From Vulcanimicrobiota bacterium (GTDB lineage Bacteria > Vulcanimicrobiota > Vulcanimicrobiia > Vulcanimicrobiales > Vulcanimicrobiaceae), in contig CAWETW010000002.1 in assembly GCA_963812155.1 (NCBI GenBank), positions 288,001 to 352,000 of the forward strand: 64,000 nt of DNA. The letters run 5' to 3'. Both the position numbers and the translations under genes were made by a program. Below are positions 60,872 through 64,000 of the stretch, piece after piece (the stretch's first letter is position 1; each line of letters opens with the position of its first letter). The notes beneath the pieces are model-generated. The model saw only the letters and a program-made list of their open reading frames with translations, did no database searches and had not been told where the DNA came from.

Positions 60872-61665
60872 CCGCCGAGATCTCCGTCACCGCGAATGAC
60901 GCGATGACACGGTATCACGATCGCTGCAACGTTGGCCGCGCAGGCGCGCGCGACCGCACGGGCCGCGCCGGGCGACCCGATCGCTGTGGCGATTTCGCCG
61001 TACGATGCAACCGAGGCGTACGGTATCGATGCAATGCAGTTCCACACGCGCATTTGGAAAGCCGAGGCTCGAATGTCGAGCGGCAGATCGACGTGCGGGC
61101 GATGGCCCTGCAAATGCTCGGCGATCGCGTTCGCCCAGCGCGAGAGCGCAGGATCGGCGGGCTCCCGGATCCGCTCGATGCATGCGGCGTTGTATTCACG
61201 CCGTAATTCACCGGCAAGCGCCGCTTCGGTGTCGCCGAACTGCACGAAGCAGACGCCGCGGTCGGTCGCGCCGATCATCATCAGCCCGACCGGCGTCTCC
61301 ATGGCTGCATACGTGATCGCCACGCCCGCGCCGGCGGCGCGATATTGCGCGGGCGTCATGCCGAGCCGCCGCGGGGCTCGTTCGTAGACGCGGCTGGCAG
61401 AACCGTAGCCGGCGTCGTACACGGCCGCGTCGACCGACGCCGCGGCGCGAAGGCCGCCCTTCAGGCGCTCGACGCGCTTTTCGGCCGCGTACCGCTTGGG
61501 CGTGACGCCGACGACGTCTTTGAAACTGCGGGCAAAGTGAAATCGGCTCATGGCGGCCTTCGAGGCAAGAAAGCCCAGCGTCAAGGCGTCGTCGCAGTGA
61601 TCCTCGATGTAGCGGCAAATCTCGCGAACTCGCTCAGGAACCGAACAGGGTGCGTGCTCTAACAT
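60772..61665 (-). CDS. Ada-like AraC HTH + O6-methylguanine-DNA methyltransferase lacking the N-terminal Zn domain
   Basis: SRFHFARSFK..GVTPK.Y, LGMTP..YR, FQMRVW, IPY....SY, active-site IPCHRV, GYRWG. Confidence 0.88.
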   Translation of the reverse strand: MLEHAPCSVPERVREICRYIEDHCDDALTLGFLASKAAMSRFHFARSFKDVVGVTPKRYAAEKRVERLKGGLRAAASVDAAVYDAGYGSASRVYERAPRRLGMTPAQYRAAGAGVAITYAAMETPVGLMMIGATDRGVCFVQFGDTEAALAGELRREYNAACIERIREPADPALSRWANAIAEHLQGHRPHVDLPLDIRASAFQMRVWNCIASIPYASVASYGEIATAIGSPGAARAVARACAANVAAIVIPCHRVIRGDGDLGGYRWGLARKRVLIDRERACKAREIGSTARSSVP

Positions 61666-61810
61666 GGGTATCACTTTAACCGCCGCCGGCACGACGGACC
61701 ATCCGGAAATTGCGGTGAAACGAGCTTGCTTGCTTTAACCCGACCCGGCCGCTTGCAAGGCCCGCCGGTAAGATGGGAAGAAAGCGCGGTCACAGGTTTT
61801 AACGAGGACG

Positions 61811-62284
61811 ATGCGGCGATTATTTGCACTGTTCGGGATTCTGGGACTGCTTTACGGCTGTAGCGGCGCCGGTTATCTTCCCTATGCGCCGCACGCCCTG
61901 AAGCCGGGCGATATCCACGTGCTCGTCTCGGATGCGGCGCGCAACAACGGCGTCCCCGAAGCCCTCGTCCACGCCGTCCTGATGGCCGAGTCGGCCGGCG
62001 ATCCGTCGGCGATCAGTTCGGCCGGCGCCCAAGGGCTGATGCAGCTCATGCCGGGGACCTCCAGCAGCTGCGGGATCGCCAACCCGTTCGATCCGATGCA
62101 AAACGTGGAATGCGGGACGACGTACCTTCATTCGCTGCTGGTACGCTATCACAACGACGTTCGGCTCGCGGTGGCCGCATACAACGCCGGCCCCGGCGCC
62201 GTCGATCGCTACCACGGGGTTCCGCCTTATCCGGAAACGCGCGCCTACGTAACGCGCGTCCTGACGGCGTACCGAAGCTACTAG
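61811..62284 (+). CDS. Lytic transglycosylase (SLT) lipoprotein
   Basis: Lipobox LYGC; AES, AQGLMQLMP.T, AAYNAG, ETRAYV. Confidence 0.92.
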   Translation: MRRLFALFGILGLLYGCSGAGYLPYAPHALKPGDIHVLVSDAARNNGVPEALVHAVLMAESAGDPSAISSAGAQGLMQLMPGTSSSCGIANPFDPMQNVECGTTYLHSLLVRYHNDVRLAVAAYNAGPGAVDRYHGVPPYPETRAYVTRVLTAYRSY

Positions 62285-62295
62285 TCGCTTTCGCG

Positions 62296-63450
62296 ATGGC
62301 GACGCTCACCCGCCCACAACCGCTCCCTCGTATCAGCGCGGCAGCCTTTCGCCTGCCGATTCTCGACGGCTACCTGCTGCGGGAGATGCTGGGTCCCTTC
62401 ATGTTTGCCTTCGGCGCGTTCTTGCTCTTTTGGGCGTTGAACATCTTTTTTCTCGCCGCCGACTACATCATCAATCAGCACGCGCCGTTCTTCCTCGTCT
62501 TGCGGTTCGTCATCTTCCGCATTCCTCAAGCGATCCCAATGGCGTTCCCGTTCGGCTGTTTGTTTGCAGCGTTGCTGTCGATCGGGCGCGTGATGGGCGA
62601 CAACGAAATCACTGCAATGCGTACGGCCGGCATCGCGGTCTGGCGCATCGCGGTGGCGCCCCTGTCGTTCGGCGTCGCTATGTTTGCGATTTGCTATTCG
62701 ACCAACGAGTGGATCGCGCCACCGTCGGTCGACCTGTCGACGCGGACCTTCTACCAAATTATTTACCATACCGAATCGCTGCCGGTCGAGCCGCAGTTCT
62801 TTCGCAAAGATCAGGATACCGGCAACGTTTTCTACGTCACCCAGGTCGCGCCCGACAACAAGACGATGATCGGGGTGCAGATCTTTAAACCGGCGAAGTA
62901 CGGTACGTGGAACGAAACCCTGCAGGCCAAGCGCGCCACCGTGAAGGGTACGTCGCTGCTGCTGCACGACGTCGTCGACACGCGCTTCAACAACGACGGA
63001 TACATGAGCAGCCAGCAGCACGTCGACGAGATTACGATCGGCCTGCCGATGGGCGAGACGGCCTCGCAGTTCGTCAGCAACGTCAACAACGATCCCTGGA
63101 CGATGAGCAGCAAGTCCCTGCGCACCCAGGTCAACGCCCTGCAGGAACAGGGCATCGGCGGAACGGCGTTGGGAAACCTGCAAATCAATCTCGCCAACAA
63201 GCTCGCATGGCCGTTCGCCTGCATCATCAGCATCCTGCTTGCGGTTCCGCTCGCGCTGCGGTTCGGAAAGCGCGGACGCACCCTCGGCATCGCGCTGGCG
63301 ATCATTTTGTTCTTCGTGTATTATCTCATGATTTCGGCCGCCGCGGCTTTCGGACGTAACGGAGCAATCAATCCATTCCTCGCCGCCTGGCTGCCCAACA
63401 TCATCATGGCTACGGCCGGCGCGACGCTGCTGTGGATGGAAGAGCGCTGA
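62296..63450 (+). CDS. LptF/LptG family permease
   Basis: LDGYLLRE, P...L.A.L..GR...DNEITAMRTAGI, K.AWPFAC, LAAWLPNI. Confidence 0.9.
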   Translation: MATLTRPQPLPRISAAAFRLPILDGYLLREMLGPFMFAFGAFLLFWALNIFFLAADYIINQHAPFFLVLRFVIFRIPQAIPMAFPFGCLFAALLSIGRVMGDNEITAMRTAGIAVWRIAVAPLSFGVAMFAICYSTNEWIAPPSVDLSTRTFYQIIYHTESLPVEPQFFRKDQDTGNVFYVTQVAPDNKTMIGVQIFKPAKYGTWNETLQAKRATVKGTSLLLHDVVDTRFNNDGYMSSQQHVDEITIGLPMGETASQFVSNVNNDPWTMSSKSLRTQVNALQEQGIGGTALGNLQINLANKLAWPFACIISILLAVPLALRFGKRGRTLGIALAIILFFVYYLMISAAAAFGRNGAINPFLAAWLPNIIMATAGATLLWMEER

Positions 63451-63459
63451 CGTAGCGCG

Positions 63460-64000
63460 GTGCCTGTCCGTAACCTGACGCCTCGCGGCTTGGCCGCGCT
63501 CGCGTGTCTCGTGGCGTTTTTCTGCAGCGCGCTTCCGGCGCTCGCCGACTCGGCCGCCCCGACCGACGACGACCGTGCCGCGGCGATGGCCCTGGTGCTT
63601 TTCAGCAAGCAAACTTGCGCGCAGCGCGCCGGCGCGAAAATCCTCGACGACGCGGTCGCACAGGCCACGACGCAGCCCTCGCCGGCGCCGCCGTCTCCGC
63701 CCGAAGGCTCGACGCCGAGTGCGTCGCCGACGCCGCTGTCGACGCCGGGGTTACCCGGACCGCCGCCGGGCGTCGGCAACGGAACCTATCAAATCTACCA
63801 AACGCCCCGGCCCCCGCCGGGCTCGTCTCCGGGTGCGTCGGCGCCGCCGGTTCCGACGCCGACGCCCAGTCCGCAGACGTCGGGCGAACCGATCTTTCTC
63901 ATCCGCGGCGGTGAAACGCCGCCACCACTTACGCCGGCCGGCATCTCGACGCCGGAGCCGACCGCCGAGCCGACCGGCGCCCCGACGCTTTCACCCGGCT
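63460..64000 (+). CDS. Partial secreted protein with a Pro/Ser/Thr-rich N-terminal linker (possibly LptD-like by position)
   Basis: Open from GTG 63460 to the window end: signal peptide ..ALPALA, then PSPAP/TPSP repeats. Confidence 0.6.
   Translation, partial: MPVRNLTPRGLAALACLVAFFCSALPALADSAAPTDDDRAAAMALVLFSKQTCAQRAGAKILDDAVAQATTQPSPAPPSPPEGSTPSASPTPLSTPGLPGPPPGVGNGTYQIYQTPRPPPGSSPGASAPPVPTPTPSPQTSGEPIFLIRGGETPPPLTPAGISTPEPTAEPTGAPTLSPG

Overview
High-GC bacterial chromosomal window made up mostly of core genes. By inference from gene content (diderm LptF/G, a YqzL-like micro-ORF, CIRCE elements, phosphoesterase, PDZ-protease and PP2C fusions) it is most like Eremiobacterota/Vulcanimicrobiota (WPS-2). 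Left to right it holds: tag, hydrolases, rocD, an M61 peptidase; infC-rpmI-rplT with an L20-leader-like RNA and an ATA start codon; yqzL-like, pheST, cvpA; a five-gene cluster (esterase, ATP-grasp, YbdK-type ligase, glutamine amidotransferase, circularly permuted ATP-grasp); a lower-GC islet with a phosphoesterase; CIRCE-preceded hsp20-lon and groESL; 2-oxoacid:ferredoxin oxidoreductase; a VapBC pair; alr, hisA, citrate synthase; a dcw cluster from mraZ to ddl without ftsQAZ; and a right end with a histone-like-tail protein, aspartyl protease, PAS-PP2C-kinase fusion, Zn-domain-less Ada, SLT and lptF/G. Best candidates for undescribed biology: (1) a CofE/F420-0:gamma-glutamyl-ligase-like gene translationally coupled between murF and mraY, suggesting an uncharacterised peptidoglycan-precursor ligase; (2) the three-ligase amide-synthesis cluster; (3) a dispersed ~100-nt structured element present twice with covarying stems. 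Several apparent 1-nt frameshifts (murC twice, korB, DUF5069-like, one hypothetical) look like sequencing or assembly indels. All family calls come from motif recognition by eye; no database searches were run.
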